Part shown: positions 37,803 through 47,057 of the stretch, in pieces
Layout of the letters: the number at the start of each line of letters is the position of its first letter
How positions within the stretch are numbered: position 1 is the first letter of the stretch
From: a virus
Lineage: Duplodnaviria; Caudoviricetes
Virus record (IMG/VR): IMGVR_UViG_3300027976_002493
Span: 1-53,803 of that record
Reading direction: 5' to 3' (one strand)
Length of the DNA: 53,803 nt
Notes under the pieces: generated by a model
Databases searched by the model: none
What the model was told of the DNA's origin: nothing
The model's input: only the letters and a program-made list of their open reading frames with translations
Translations under genes and position numbers: made by a program

Positions 37803-38707
37803 ATAGTAAACCTGCCGATTTTAAGATAAACTTTATAGTGTATTCTCAATTTCCCCAATACATGGATTACATAGGATCCCCTATAGTATGCCACTCCTTA
37901 GCTAATAACCTTAAAACATTAGGGGAGAATTCATACATATATGCTAATCAAACACATCCGAAATTTTCAACAACATGTATACCGTGGGGAACAGATATTA
38001 TATACGATGAAGAAAACACAGTACTAGTAATGCCTGCAGGAGCAGGGGAACATACATTTGAATATCTAATACCAGATAACATAAGAAGTATTCCGAATGT
38101 AGTTAGACTAATGGTAAATCACCAGGTAAAACCATACCCCCCGTCTGATAAAGTCTATGAGTTATTCCCCTACTTTAGTACTTTATCAAACACCAACATA
38201 GACGGTAAACTACCTAACCTCTACATTGATCTTGAAGTATTCTACGACAGAGGACTACCTAGAGAAGGTTCTTGCTACCTAGTTAAAGGAGGTCATGATG
38301 ATAACTGGGGGTTAGAGACAGAGAAGTACCACACAGTCGATGACTTATGCTTAGATAACTATTGGGCATATGATGGAGATCGTATGGAGTATTTAGCTGA
38401 GGTCTTTAATAAAAAGGAATCCTTTGTAACATATAATGCTCAAACAGGGATGTCAATTTTAGCAGCTTTATGCGGCTGTAGATCGATTGTAATACCTAAA
38501 CCTTCTATTAAGAAAGAACATTGGCTCGCTAAGTTCGAATCAATGAAATACGGTATAGCGTTCGGGGTAGAAGACATGCAAAGAGCTGAAGAGACTTTAC
38601 ACCTGTTAAGACCTCATATAGAACACCAGTTAAATATGTACCTCGACAGGCAGCAGATATTCATTGATGACTGTTATACGTGGATGAGAGATAAATACAA
38701 ACTATGA
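37799..38707 (+). CDS. Putative glycosyltransferase-fold protein
   Basis: LAEVFN...F..Y...T...LAALCGC.SIVIP GT-B-like C-terminus; inside the sugar operon. Confidence 0.5.
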   Translation: MNSKPADFKINFIVYSQFPQYMDYIGSPIVCHSLANNLKTLGENSYIYANQTHPKFSTTCIPWGTDIIYDEENTVLVMPAGAGEHTFEYLIPDNIRSIPNVVRLMVNHQVKPYPPSDKVYELFPYFSTLSNTNIDGKLPNLYIDLEVFYDRGLPREGSCYLVKGGHDDNWGLETEKYHTVDDLCLDNYWAYDGDRMEYLAEVFNKKESFVTYNAQTGMSILAALCGCRSIVIPKPSIKKEHWLAKFESMKYGIAFGVEDMQRAEETLHLLRPHIEHQLNMYLDRQQIFIDDCYTWMRDKYKL

Positions 38708-39378
38708 AAATACACATATACTACAGGCACTACAACGTAAATGACTCAGATGGGCCGAAAAGGCCAAAGGGGTTTGATTACGAGAAATGCTTTTTAAACC
38801 TGCTAGAAACACTTAAAGGTACTTCAAACTACATACTTAATGTAGTTTTTGACGGTAACCCGGACAACAATTGGATCACTAAATACAGCAGCCATTACAC
38901 TCTACACACTATTCAAGAGGGAAGTGATGCAGGGTCTTATTTTAAGACAGCTGACATTATTAAAAATAATAAACTCGTCAAGACGGGTGATTTGATCTAT
39001 TTCTTAGAAAACGACTATCTACATGTTGATGGATGGTTAGGTAAAGTTGAAGAATTATTCACAACTTACAACGGGTTAGATTACGTATCTCTATACGACC
39101 ATAAAGATAAATACTTCCTACCAATGTACGATAACCTAGTCTCTAAGATATTCATTACAGACTCACATCATTGGAGATCAACACCATCTACCTGCGGTTC
39201 TTTTACTATTACTAAGGAGAGATTCGATGAGGATTATGACATTCTGTCTACAGTGAGAGGTGACCATAATAAATTCCTATGGTTAAATAAGAACAGAGGA
39301 AGGTCAGTAGTATCACCAATACCCGGCCTGTCGACCCACTGTATGGAAGGTTTAATGTCCCCTACACTAGAATGGTGA
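38704..39378 (+). CDS. Putative GT-A glycosyltransferase
   Basis: IYFLENDYLH (DXD-like), VSLYDH.DKY, PIPGLSTH. Confidence 0.65.
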   Translation: MKIHIYYRHYNVNDSDGPKRPKGFDYEKCFLNLLETLKGTSNYILNVVFDGNPDNNWITKYSSHYTLHTIQEGSDAGSYFKTADIIKNNKLVKTGDLIYFLENDYLHVDGWLGKVEELFTTYNGLDYVSLYDHKDKYFLPMYDNLVSKIFITDSHHWRSTPSTCGSFTITKERFDEDYDILSTVRGDHNKFLWLNKNRGRSVVSPIPGLSTHCMEGLMSPTLEW

Positions 39379-39438
39379 CTTTCGAAACTATTAAAGGAAT
39401 AGCTGCACCAGACTAAAAAAAGACCTATATTTATAGAC

Positions 39439-39762
39439 ATGAAAGAAGAGACATCTATAATATACCTAGATATCGAGCTATTGGGAGAAGAAGACCAGGA
39501 GGTAAGAGAAGCAGTTCGCACCTCTCTATACGGTGAGTCTTTTAGACAGGTACTAACCGGTACTCTGTATAAAAACCTACTAGAAGCTATTACAAAAGGG
39601 AAAGACAGGTTTACTGCATTTAGAGTACCTTACCACAACCAGGACTTCATAATAAAGAAGAACCAGTACAGAGCCCTTTTAGACACTATGCTAAAGTACG
39701 CAGAAGAGGATGAAGACTATAAGAGATGTAGCAGTATTAAAAAAATAACAGATAAATTATGA
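39439..39762 (+). CDS. Hypothetical protein with UVR-like C-terminal helix pair
   Basis: Y.EEDEDYKRC..IK; TATTTATA at 39428-39435. Confidence 0.6.
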   Translation: MKEETSIIYLDIELLGEEDQEVREAVRTSLYGESFRQVLTGTLYKNLLEAITKGKDRFTAFRVPYHNQDFIIKKNQYRALLDTMLKYAEEDEDYKRCSSIKKITDKL

Positions 39763-39920
39763 AAATTGGATTTTACATAAAAGGATCGGAAAAAACAGAG
39801 TTAATAACAATTAAGGAGTTTTGCAACATGACTGATGCCATAGAGACATTTGCACAAATGAAAAACTTACCTGTGACATGTTTTCTAGAACTGTTTAACC
39901 TCCACGTAATCAAAGACTAG
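39759..39920 (+). CDS. Small hypothetical protein (53 aa, not in ORF track)
   Basis: MKIGFYIKGSEK...; ATGA overlap with the upstream stop, ends 1 nt before the next ATG. Confidence 0.6.
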   Translation: MKIGFYIKGSEKTELITIKEFCNMTDAIETFAQMKNLPVTCFLELFNLHVIKD

Positions 39921-39921
39921 G

Positions 39922-40311
39922 ATGACAAACGATAACTTCATAAAGAGTAGCTTAGAGACTCTCCTCGGTATAAGGTTAACTAACCAGACAATACAAGAAA
40001 ATACCGAGGGTGATAGGAAAGGGTTCTGTAAGCTTGTAGATCAGTTAGAGAAACTAGTAGATGCAGAACGAGCTATGTATCAGGACTATGGGGTAGATAC
40101 AAATTCCTTAGTTGAACCGTATTGGAATGCTATCGAAGACATAATAGACTTCACATGTGAGCCGGATGTTGCAGAAGTACTTTGGTGGTATCTACATAGC
40201 AGAAAAGGTAAAAAAGGCGAGGTAATAGCATGGGAAGATGTCGATGGGGACGGTAAGACATACATATTTAAGAAATCCTCAGAACTCTTTGACTATATAA
40301 ACCGCAAATAA
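39922..40311 (+). CDS. Hypothetical protein
   Basis: Tightly packed ORF. Confidence 0.65.
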   Translation: MTNDNFIKSSLETLLGIRLTNQTIQENTEGDRKGFCKLVDQLEKLVDAERAMYQDYGVDTNSLVEPYWNAIEDIIDFTCEPDVAEVLWWYLHSRKGKKGEVIAWEDVDGDGKTYIFKKSSELFDYINRK

Positions 40312-40366
40312 TAACTGTAAGGTGTTAGGTATAGTAATAAAATAGAATTAAATTAAAGAAATAATT

Positions 40367-40588
40367 ATGCAAAGTTGTAACGGATGTGGTGTAGAGATAG
40401 CACCAGGGAGACTTAAAGCACTACCGGATACTAAGGTATGCGTAGAATGTTCCTCAGCAAAACCAAAAAGACCGGTAACTGTGACTAGGGGAACAGGTGA
40501 TAACACATATCAGGAGACAGTAATACTGAATCATGATGAGTATAAACATATCTTCAAAGGGGAAGGTAAAGGTGAAACGTTAAATTAA
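40367..40588 (+). CDS. DksA/TraR C4 zinc-finger protein
   Basis: CNGCGVEI..GRLKALP.T..CVEC. Confidence 0.85.
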   Translation: MQSCNGCGVEIAPGRLKALPDTKVCVECSSAKPKRPVTVTRGTGDNTYQETVILNHDEYKHIFKGEGKGETLN

Positions 40589-40591
40589 GAC

Positions 40592-41248
40592 ATGTCACGC
40601 GACGGACGGCCACGTAAGGACCTAAGCAAAGAGCAGATATTAACTGCCATGAGTAAAACACAGTCTAATCGAGCTGGGGCTAGGTATCTATCTGTCTCGT
40701 ACCCCCACTATAAGAAGTGGGCAGAGGTTTATGAAGCTACAGAAGACGGATACTCTAATTTGTTTGAGCAGCATTTGAATCAATTCGGAGTAGGTATTCC
40801 TAAGTTCCTGGATGCTAAGAAAAGGAATGATGTTATAAGTCTGATGGATATTATAGAAGGGAGAGCCACCCCCCATTCTTTTACACCTGAGAAGATAAAG
40901 CATAGACTAATTGCTGAGGGTTATTTAGCAGAGGAGTGTGGGATGTGTGGGATGGCAGAGAGGAGAGTTACAGATTATAAAATGCCGCTGCTTCTAAACT
41001 TCTTAGATAACAATAAAAAGAATTACAAGTTAGATAATATAAAGCTTGTATGTTACAATTGTTATTTTCTAACTGTAGGTAATATCTTCACTAAGCATGA
41101 GATTATACATATAGAAGACTATGCCGCAAAGGGCAATCACGGGGTTGAGCCGAAGTGGGAACTCGATGAGTATCAGCAAGAAATGCTCCAGAAGTTAGGG
41201 TTAGCAGAGGAGGATGTAGTAGAAGATTATGTAAGCCGGCCGGATTAA
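40592..41248 (+). CDS. HTH plus HNH-like (zinc-finger) protein
   Basis: N-terminal HTH (SNRAGARYLSVSY..YKKWA); CGMC...D.N..NY.L.N..LVCYNC; canonical catalytic His not evident. Confidence 0.7.
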   Translation: MSRDGRPRKDLSKEQILTAMSKTQSNRAGARYLSVSYPHYKKWAEVYEATEDGYSNLFEQHLNQFGVGIPKFLDAKKRNDVISLMDIIEGRATPHSFTPEKIKHRLIAEGYLAEECGMCGMAERRVTDYKMPLLLNFLDNNKKNYKLDNIKLVCYNCYFLTVGNIFTKHEIIHIEDYAAKGNHGVEPKWELDEYQQEMLQKLGLAEEDVVEDYVSRPD

Positions 41249-41264
41249 AGACCTAACCTAATGT

Positions 41265-41417
41265 ATGCAGAAGAGAAATAAGAAAGAGGAGAAAATACGG
41301 AAAGTGAAGTCTAAGAAATTAGAAAAGATTGCAGACAAGCTGCTAGCTCAAGACGAGAAGAACCAATCGTTGAGGAAGTTTACAACTTTAAATAGTAGTA
41401 TCTTCAATTCGTTTTAA
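41265..41417 (+). CDS. Small basic hypothetical protein (50 aa, not in ORF track)
   Basis: MQKRNKKEEKIRK...; fills an intergenic gap. Confidence 0.45.
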   Translation: MQKRNKKEEKIRKVKSKKLEKIADKLLAQDEKNQSLRKFTTLNSSIFNSF

Positions 41418-41479
41418 ACCAGACTTTCTCTTGCTTAACACCTCCTTTATTCGTATCTTTAGTAATAAGAAAGGGTATT

Positions 41480-41788
41480 ATGAAATTTAAACCAAGAGAA
41501 ATGCATGTGAGTTCATTAAAGGAATTCGAAGAGATGATATACTCAGCTGATATAAGGATATCAGAAGCTATCATTGAAGGTATACTTTCTAACCTCGACA
41601 CTAAAAAAGTAGAGGTGTTAGTGCTGTCTGTGATCTGCAAGGATGACGGCGACATGTTGAATATTATAGCTGAGACTAAGAATTTCATACCGACCTTAGA
41701 GGAAAATATGCAACACTACTTACGTGAGGAACGCTATGAAGACTGTCAACGCATATCAGAAGTAATTAAGAAGCTAAAGGAACAATAG
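41480..41788 (+). CDS. Hypothetical protein with UVR-like C-terminus
   Basis: Y.REERYEDC..I; promoter TTG 41431-N20-TATCTTT. Confidence 0.65.
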   Translation: MKFKPREMHVSSLKEFEEMIYSADIRISEAIIEGILSNLDTKKVEVLVLSVICKDDGDMLNIIAETKNFIPTLEENMQHYLREERYEDCQRISEVIKKLKEQ

Positions 41789-41794
41789 AGATTT

Positions 41795-42352
41795 ATGTTA
41801 TATAAGATAGACAAAAACAACGTCCGCTATGAAGAAGCTAAGAGGCCTAAAGCACCTCTCATTATAGGAGCAATACTTATAATCAGTACCACAGTTGGAA
41901 TATGCCAGATGTTCGGAAGTGTACCGGCATATGGTCCAACCCAGTACCAGACCGTATACAATGACAGCGATACTTTTAACCAGGAGAACCTAATACAGAT
42001 GTTAAAGGACTTACATGTACGGTTCCCGTCGATAGTATTAGCACAGTCTATATTGGAGACTGGCCACTGGACGAGTAAAATGTATAAGGTTAACCATAAC
42101 CTCTTCGGAATGCGTGAAGCGTATGCAAGAATAAGAACTGCTCAAGGAACAAGATATAAGCATGCATACTATAGTAGTTGGAGAGAGTCAGTATACGACT
42201 ACGCATTCTACCAGGCCCGGTACATGAATAAGGCTAAGACAGAAGAACAGTACTATGCAGCTTTAGAAGCATCATACGCAGAAAACCCGGCATACGTAGA
42301 GAACTTAAAGAAATTAGTGATAAGGGAAAATCTAGAGAAACACTTTAGATAG
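41795..42352 (+). CDS. Membrane-anchored glucosaminidase (GH73/FlgJ-like) peptidoglycan hydrolase
   Basis: TM helix, AQSILETG, NLFGM, Y.SWRESV.DY, YAE.P.Y. Confidence 0.85.
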   Translation: MLYKIDKNNVRYEEAKRPKAPLIIGAILIISTTVGICQMFGSVPAYGPTQYQTVYNDSDTFNQENLIQMLKDLHVRFPSIVLAQSILETGHWTSKMYKVNHNLFGMREAYARIRTAQGTRYKHAYYSSWRESVYDYAFYQARYMNKAKTEEQYYAALEASYAENPAYVENLKKLVIRENLEKHFR

Positions 42353-42354
42353 TT

Positions 42355-42507
42355 ATGAAATTAAAGAATATGCTTGATATCATATCTGACGAAGATTTAA
42401 TGGGTATATACGGAAACAACCCAGAGGATCTCCGTAGAATGTGCATACTGTTGACTGTGGACTTTCAAATAGAAGAAGAGGATGCAGTTAAGAATATGGT
42501 TAATTAA
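42355..42507 (+). CDS. Small hypothetical protein (50 aa, not in ORF track)
   Basis: MKLKNMLDII...; agttATG start context. Confidence 0.5.
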   Translation: MKLKNMLDIISDEDLMGIYGNNPEDLRRMCILLTVDFQIEEEDAVKNMVN

Positions 42508-42547
42508 AAGACGTAAGTTAAAAACAACAGTAAAGTAATAATAAAAA

Positions 42548-43018
42548 ATGGGAAAGTTTCAATCAAGTAAAGTATTCGACGGTTTTAGTACAGTATTCCG
42601 TCAGTGGAGAGCAGTGGATACACACTGTTCAAGAATTCATGGATATGGCGTTTCATTTAAAGTATACTTTGAAGGTGAATTAGATGATCGTAACTGGGTT
42701 TTTGATTTTGGAGGTATGAAAAGAGCCAAATGTTTAATAGACGGTATGCAACCTAAAGTATGGATGGACTATATGTTCGACCACACTCATATCGTAGCAG
42801 AAGATGACCCGTACCTGGAAGAATTCCTTAAGCTAAATGACTTAGGAGTTTCCCAAGTCAGAGTAATTCCTAGAACAGGAGCTGAGAGTTTTGCAGAGTT
42901 TATCTTTAAGAAGCTTAATCCTTTCGTAAAAGAAGAAACTAAAGATAGAATCAGAGTAACTAAAGTTACGTTTATGGAGCATGGTAAGAACGCTGCATCA
43001 TACCAGGAAATAGTTTAG
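42548..43018 (+). CDS. queD: 6-carboxy-5,6,7,8-tetrahydropterin synthase QueD
   Basis: HCSRIHGY, WVFDFG, FDH, AE, FMEH..N.A. Confidence 0.88.
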   Translation: MGKFQSSKVFDGFSTVFRQWRAVDTHCSRIHGYGVSFKVYFEGELDDRNWVFDFGGMKRAKCLIDGMQPKVWMDYMFDHTHIVAEDDPYLEEFLKLNDLGVSQVRVIPRTGAESFAEFIFKKLNPFVKEETKDRIRVTKVTFMEHGKNAASYQEIV

Positions 43019-43088
43019 ATATTAACTGAGTGAACGCTCGGTACATACATTAAAAGTTCGTATCTTTAGGTATAGAGAAAGATCAGAG

Positions 43089-43577
43089 ATGAAAAAGAAA
43101 GTATTGTATTTACACGGTCTCGAAAGCAAACAAGGAGGTGAGAAAGTAAGCTACCTAGCCGGAAAGTGTTTCGTACACGCTCCGGAGATGGACTACACCC
43201 GGAAAGATATATTCCCAATGTTAACCTTTCTAGTCGAATACTACAAACCGGACCTAATTATAGGTTCTAGCATGGGCGGTTATACAGCTTACATACTTGG
43301 AGCACTTTACGACATGCCCGTAATTATCTTTAACCCAGCCCTCCATAGTAGAAGCTTCACACCTAATTACCCAGATTATGTAATGAACCTAGCAGCTCAA
43401 AATGTTAAAGTTGTACTAGGTGAAGATGATACAGTTATTGACCCTCGCTTAACATTGGAGTATTTAAAAGAATATGGGGGAGGTACGTCTTCTCTCCTAA
43501 ACATTGAAGAGGTCAAGGGGATGGGTCACAAAATACCTCTCGACATATTTATATCTAAAACAATAGATGAACTTTAA
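43089..43577 (+). CDS. Alpha/beta hydrolase (YqiA-like esterase)
   Basis: LYLHGLES, GSSMGG nucleophile elbow, NPA, D.VID, GH. Confidence 0.88.
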   Translation: MKKKVLYLHGLESKQGGEKVSYLAGKCFVHAPEMDYTRKDIFPMLTFLVEYYKPDLIIGSSMGGYTAYILGALYDMPVIIFNPALHSRSFTPNYPDYVMNLAAQNVKVVLGEDDTVIDPRLTLEYLKEYGGGTSSLLNIEEVKGMGHKIPLDIFISKTIDEL

Positions 43578-44130
43578 CATACAGAACTGGTTAAAAAAGC
43601 AACGCCTTTTAGAGAATAATGTAGGTGCAAAAGGCACTTGGGTTTATCTCACAGATTCCGAGAAGGAAGAATTTGCTGATGAGATATTTGATCTAATAGA
43701 TAACGCATATTCTGATATCGGAGGAAACCCTAACTATAAATCAGAAGAGGATGTTACAGGTGAGGAGAGAGAAGCGAACTACATGGTGATTGATTTAGAC
43801 GGCGATGAGGATTGGGATGCTGTTAAGGTTTCTAAAAATAGGCCTGGCGGTCAAAAATCAGCAGCAATGGGACACGATAGTACAAGGCCGGCTAAATCTG
43901 CAGTAGTTAATATTACATCTCTAATGCTTAAAGAACCTGGGCATTATATTGAAGTATCAGGTAAGCTGAAGGACATATTACAAGCCAAAGGTGTACCGGT
44001 AGTATCAGACATTGAGTTAATTAAAAGGATACTTAAGGGTAAGTCTATTAAGGTGAATGATGACGGTACATATAGACGTTTTATTGGTGGGGTAGAACAT
44101 ACTAAGACCATGATGGGAAACCCAATGTAA
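43567..44130 (+). CDS. Hypothetical protein with putative capsid-targeting leader
   Basis: MNFNIQNWLKKQRLLE leader; TATTTATA at 43546-43553. Confidence 0.6.
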   Translation: MNFNIQNWLKKQRLLENNVGAKGTWVYLTDSEKEEFADEIFDLIDNAYSDIGGNPNYKSEEDVTGEEREANYMVIDLDGDEDWDAVKVSKNRPGGQKSAAMGHDSTRPAKSAVVNITSLMLKEPGHYIEVSGKLKDILQAKGVPVVSDIELIKRILKGKSIKVNDDGTYRRFIGGVEHTKTMMGNPM

Positions 44131-44555
44131 TGTTAAAGTATCTTTCAAGAATTAAGGAAACACTTCTATACTTTGATTTCCAACCCTTACTATTCTTCTG
44201 GGTATCGAGTGATATATTGAACAACCAGGTATTATGGACTAGTTTAAAGTACTGGGAAGATGCAGGTCAACCGTACACCTACTGGCTTTACTTTGCTTAT
44301 TTGGTAAGCAGTGTCGGTATGTTAATAACCCTCAACAATGTAAAATGGCTAGCCAGGTTCGTCACTTACCATTTAACTTTAACCTTGTTCGCAACTATCC
44401 GATATATTATTGACATTTACTTAACTGTAGATACCGAACCTCTCACACTTATAGATGCCAAAAATTTATTAATAACTTGCTGGTATGCATTTATGTGGTC
44501 TTGGATTCTATTTAAACTAAAACGAGAAATATTATACAAGTCTTTAAAAAAATGA
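44130..44555 (+). CDS. Four-TM membrane protein
   Basis: Four hydrophobic segments. Confidence 0.7.
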   Translation: MLKYLSRIKETLLYFDFQPLLFFWVSSDILNNQVLWTSLKYWEDAGQPYTYWLYFAYLVSSVGMLITLNNVKWLARFVTYHLTLTLFATIRYIIDIYLTVDTEPLTLIDAKNLLITCWYAFMWSWILFKLKREILYKSLKK

Positions 44556-44839
44556 CAGAAAATATAACTACAATAATAATCACAGCCGTTACCGTATTAG
44601 GTGGTGGGGCAGCTTGGAAATTCTACGAGTTTCTTATTAAAAACAAGCGTGAAAAAGAAAAAGAAACACTTAAAGAATCAACCATTTACCGGGATGATTT
44701 AAAGTCTAGAGTTGAAAAACTTGAGGGAGATAAGGACGAATGTATGCATTCACTGGTAGATGTTAAAAGTGAACTATCTGCTCTTAGAGTTAAAGTTGAA
44801 TTTCTAGAAAAGGAAAATGAAAGGTTAAAATACCGTTAA
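44552..44839 (+). CDS. Single-TM coiled-coil protein
   Basis: IITAVTVLGGGAAW TM followed by a heptad coiled coil. Confidence 0.7.
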   Translation: MTENITTIIITAVTVLGGGAAWKFYEFLIKNKREKEKETLKESTIYRDDLKSRVEKLEGDKDECMHSLVDVKSELSALRVKVEFLEKENERLKYR

Positions 44840-44845
44840 AAGGGC

Positions 44846-44875
44846 TTGTTTCACAAGTTAAAAGTTCGTATCTTT
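44846..44875 (+). promoter_or_regulatory. TTG-N20-TATCTTT promoter
   Basis: TTG 44846, aagttcgTATCTTTaggtatag; near-identical to 43054-43075 and 50708-50729. Confidence 0.8.
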
Positions 44876-44900
44876 AGGTATAGAAAAAGAAATAAGAGTT

Positions 44901-45137
44901 ATGACAGAATTAGAAAATTACGAAGCGTTACAAGAGTACAACAATTTCCGAAGATTAGTTTATACAAAAGAATATCTTACTAAAGATGAGTATGACTTCT
45001 GTATAACCTACGATGAGTCTGTTGAGGATAATTTCCTATACATCGGAAACTACTCTCCCACTAGAGGATACTTGAATTTAAACGTTTACACCGAACACGA
45101 TCATGAGAAACGTGGTTACGAACTGGAAATAGGTTAA
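44901..45137 (+). CDS. Hypothetical protein
   Basis: ORF behind a near-consensus promoter. Confidence 0.65.
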   Translation: MTELENYEALQEYNNFRRLVYTKEYLTKDEYDFCITYDESVEDNFLYIGNYSPTRGYLNLNVYTEHDHEKRGYELEIG

Positions 45138-45277
45138 TGAATTTAAAGAAGTTAATCATTATACTAGCAAGCATTGCCTTGCTTGCAGTATGTCTAAGAT
45201 GGGGAGTACATAAAGTAGTTAACGAACTACCTCCGAATATAACAATACCAGAAACAATAGAAGAAATAAACATATGA
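45137..45277 (+). CDS. Small single-TM protein (46 aa, not in ORF track)
   Basis: MNLKKLIIILASIALLAVC...; overlaps both neighbours by TAATG/ATGA. Confidence 0.55.
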   Translation: MNLKKLIIILASIALLAVCLRWGVHKVVNELPPNITIPETIEEINI

Positions 45278-45486
45278 TAAGTACAATACAGAAAACATTT
45301 AAAGAAGGGAAAGAGTTTGTAAGACTAGGTAAATTAGAGAAAGCAGATGAAAGTTTTGATATATGCATAGCACAACTTGCAGAATGTACCATAAGAGGTA
45401 TTACAGAGGTGGAAGGAGCTAGTACGGATTTATGGAAGTCCAGAATTTGGACGAAAATTGAACTCTCGGGGCTTTTACCTGATTAG
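45274..45486 (+). CDS. Hypothetical protein
   Basis: Translationally coupled ORF. Confidence 0.6.
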   Translation: MISTIQKTFKEGKEFVRLGKLEKADESFDICIAQLAECTIRGITEVEGASTDLWKSRIWTKIELSGLLPD

Positions 45487-45559
45487 TATACTATATTAAA
45501 AAATCTTGCTTTAGAGAGTAAGAGTTCGTATATTTAAGTAAGATAAAGAAATAAAAGTT

Positions 45560-45742
45560 ATGTTAAAAAAAATCAATATTACAATGCTGCTTAGCACTAT
45601 CATCTGCTTCTCACTAACTGTGGGTATACTTGCAGGAAGTGTTCAAAACTACATACACTTTGCAGGGGTAGAGAATGAAATGGGGTTCGGTATACTATCA
45701 ACTTTCGGAGGCGTAATGTTTTGCTTAGGTATTAAGAAGTAA
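45560..45742 (+). CDS. Small two-TM protein
   Basis: Promoter TTG 45506-N20-TATATTT; hydrophobic. Confidence 0.65.
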   Translation: MLKKINITMLLSTIICFSLTVGILAGSVQNYIHFAGVENEMGFGILSTFGGVMFCLGIKK

Positions 45743-45743
45743 G

Positions 45744-46001
45744 ATGTCGGAGAAAAAAGGTAAGACTGGAAAGTTAGAGCATTGGGGTTATGAAGTAAGT
45801 AACGTGTTAGAGGTGCAGATACCATCAGGTCGTTGGTGTAGAGTAACAGAAAGAGATTTTAGGTCCTATAATGGAAAACGCAGAAAAAGCTACCCAGACC
45901 CTTCTCAGACGGGAGAGATCTTTGAGGAGATAATTAGAGTAGACTACTACGGACCTTTTTACTACTACGAAGAAAATACAACGTACGACCCTGAGAATTA
46001 G
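45744..46001 (+). CDS. Hypothetical protein
   Basis: Packed ORF with W.RVT.RDFRSYNG.RR block. Confidence 0.65.
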   Translation: MSEKKGKTGKLEHWGYEVSNVLEVQIPSGRWCRVTERDFRSYNGKRRKSYPDPSQTGEIFEEIIRVDYYGPFYYYEENTTYDPEN

Positions 46002-46113
46002 AGAAAACATACCGTTGTATATAGACCTGGAGATGATCGAGCATTAACAGAAAGAACTTCGGTAGCTGGTATTTAAGTTTGCTATTTAGAAAAAAAGTAT
46101 TATATTAAAGTAA

Positions 46114-46821
46114 ATGAAAAGGTTTATAACAGGAACTGAATTAGTTCAGGCGGGCTTTGCTAACGGAATATCTACTCAATTAGCTGCCAAGCAATTGAAA
46201 GATGGACCAGAGGCAAGGTTAACAGTGGAGGAGAAGGAAGAGATAATAGTCGAAGCTTCTGAGCATTTTGGTAGGTTCTTAACCTCGCTAGGTGTAGATT
46301 GGGAGAAAGACCCGAACTCATCAGACACCCCAATGAGGGTATCTAAAGCATATATGGAAAAGTGGAAAGGTAGGTTCGACCCGTTAGATAAGGTGACATC
46401 ATTCCCTTCCGATGGATACTCAGGCATAGTACAGGAGTCGAATATACCCCTTACATCTATGTGCTCTCACCACCACGAATCAATTAACGGAACTGTCAGT
46501 ATAGCTTACATTGCATCAGCAGACGGTAAAGTCGTAGGTCTATCTAAACTAAATAGAATTGTAGAGCAATTTGGCAGAAGGGGTCAAATACAAGAACAGT
46601 TAACAGTTGCTATACATAATGCCGTGGATAAGATATGTGAAGAGAATCTAGGAGTGGCCGTGCAAATAAACGCAACTCATAACTGTGTTAGTTGCAGAGG
46701 TGTTAAACACACAGGAGCATCAATGCAAACAGCAGTATTAACAGGAGCTTTTCTAGATGAAGATTCAACTAAAGCAGAGTTTTATAAAAATATTGAATTG
46801 GCGAGTATATACTGCCGATAG
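46114..46821 (+). CDS. folE: GTP cyclohydrolase I FolE
   Basis: DTPMRV, SMCSHH, VVGLSKLNR, QIQEQLT, ATHNCVSCRGV. Confidence 0.96.
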   Translation: MKRFITGTELVQAGFANGISTQLAAKQLKDGPEARLTVEEKEEIIVEASEHFGRFLTSLGVDWEKDPNSSDTPMRVSKAYMEKWKGRFDPLDKVTSFPSDGYSGIVQESNIPLTSMCSHHHESINGTVSIAYIASADGKVVGLSKLNRIVEQFGRRGQIQEQLTVAIHNAVDKICEENLGVAVQINATHNCVSCRGVKHTGASMQTAVLTGAFLDEDSTKAEFYKNIELASIYCR

Positions 46822-46838
46822 TTACAGAGAAATATCTA

Positions 46839-47057
46839 ATGGGAATAATTCAACTACTAGGTGTATATGGCCTTATCGGAATAATACTCTCTTTGTTAGT
46901 AGAGTGGGCAGGTAGACAAAGTGCTCCTTCGCATGTAGAGACTGGAACATGGGGATCTAGGTTTCAAATGATTATAGGATGGCCTCTCCTAATATGGCTG
47001 TTTATTATAATACTGGTGGATGCAGTGAGAACTATTATAAACAAGAGAAAGAAGTAA
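46839..47057 (+). CDS. Small two-TM protein
   Basis: Two hydrophobic helices, WP motif. Confidence 0.65.
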   Translation: MGIIQLLGVYGLIGIILSLLVEWAGRQSAPSHVETGTWGSRFQMIIGWPLLIWLFIIILVDAVRTIINKRKK

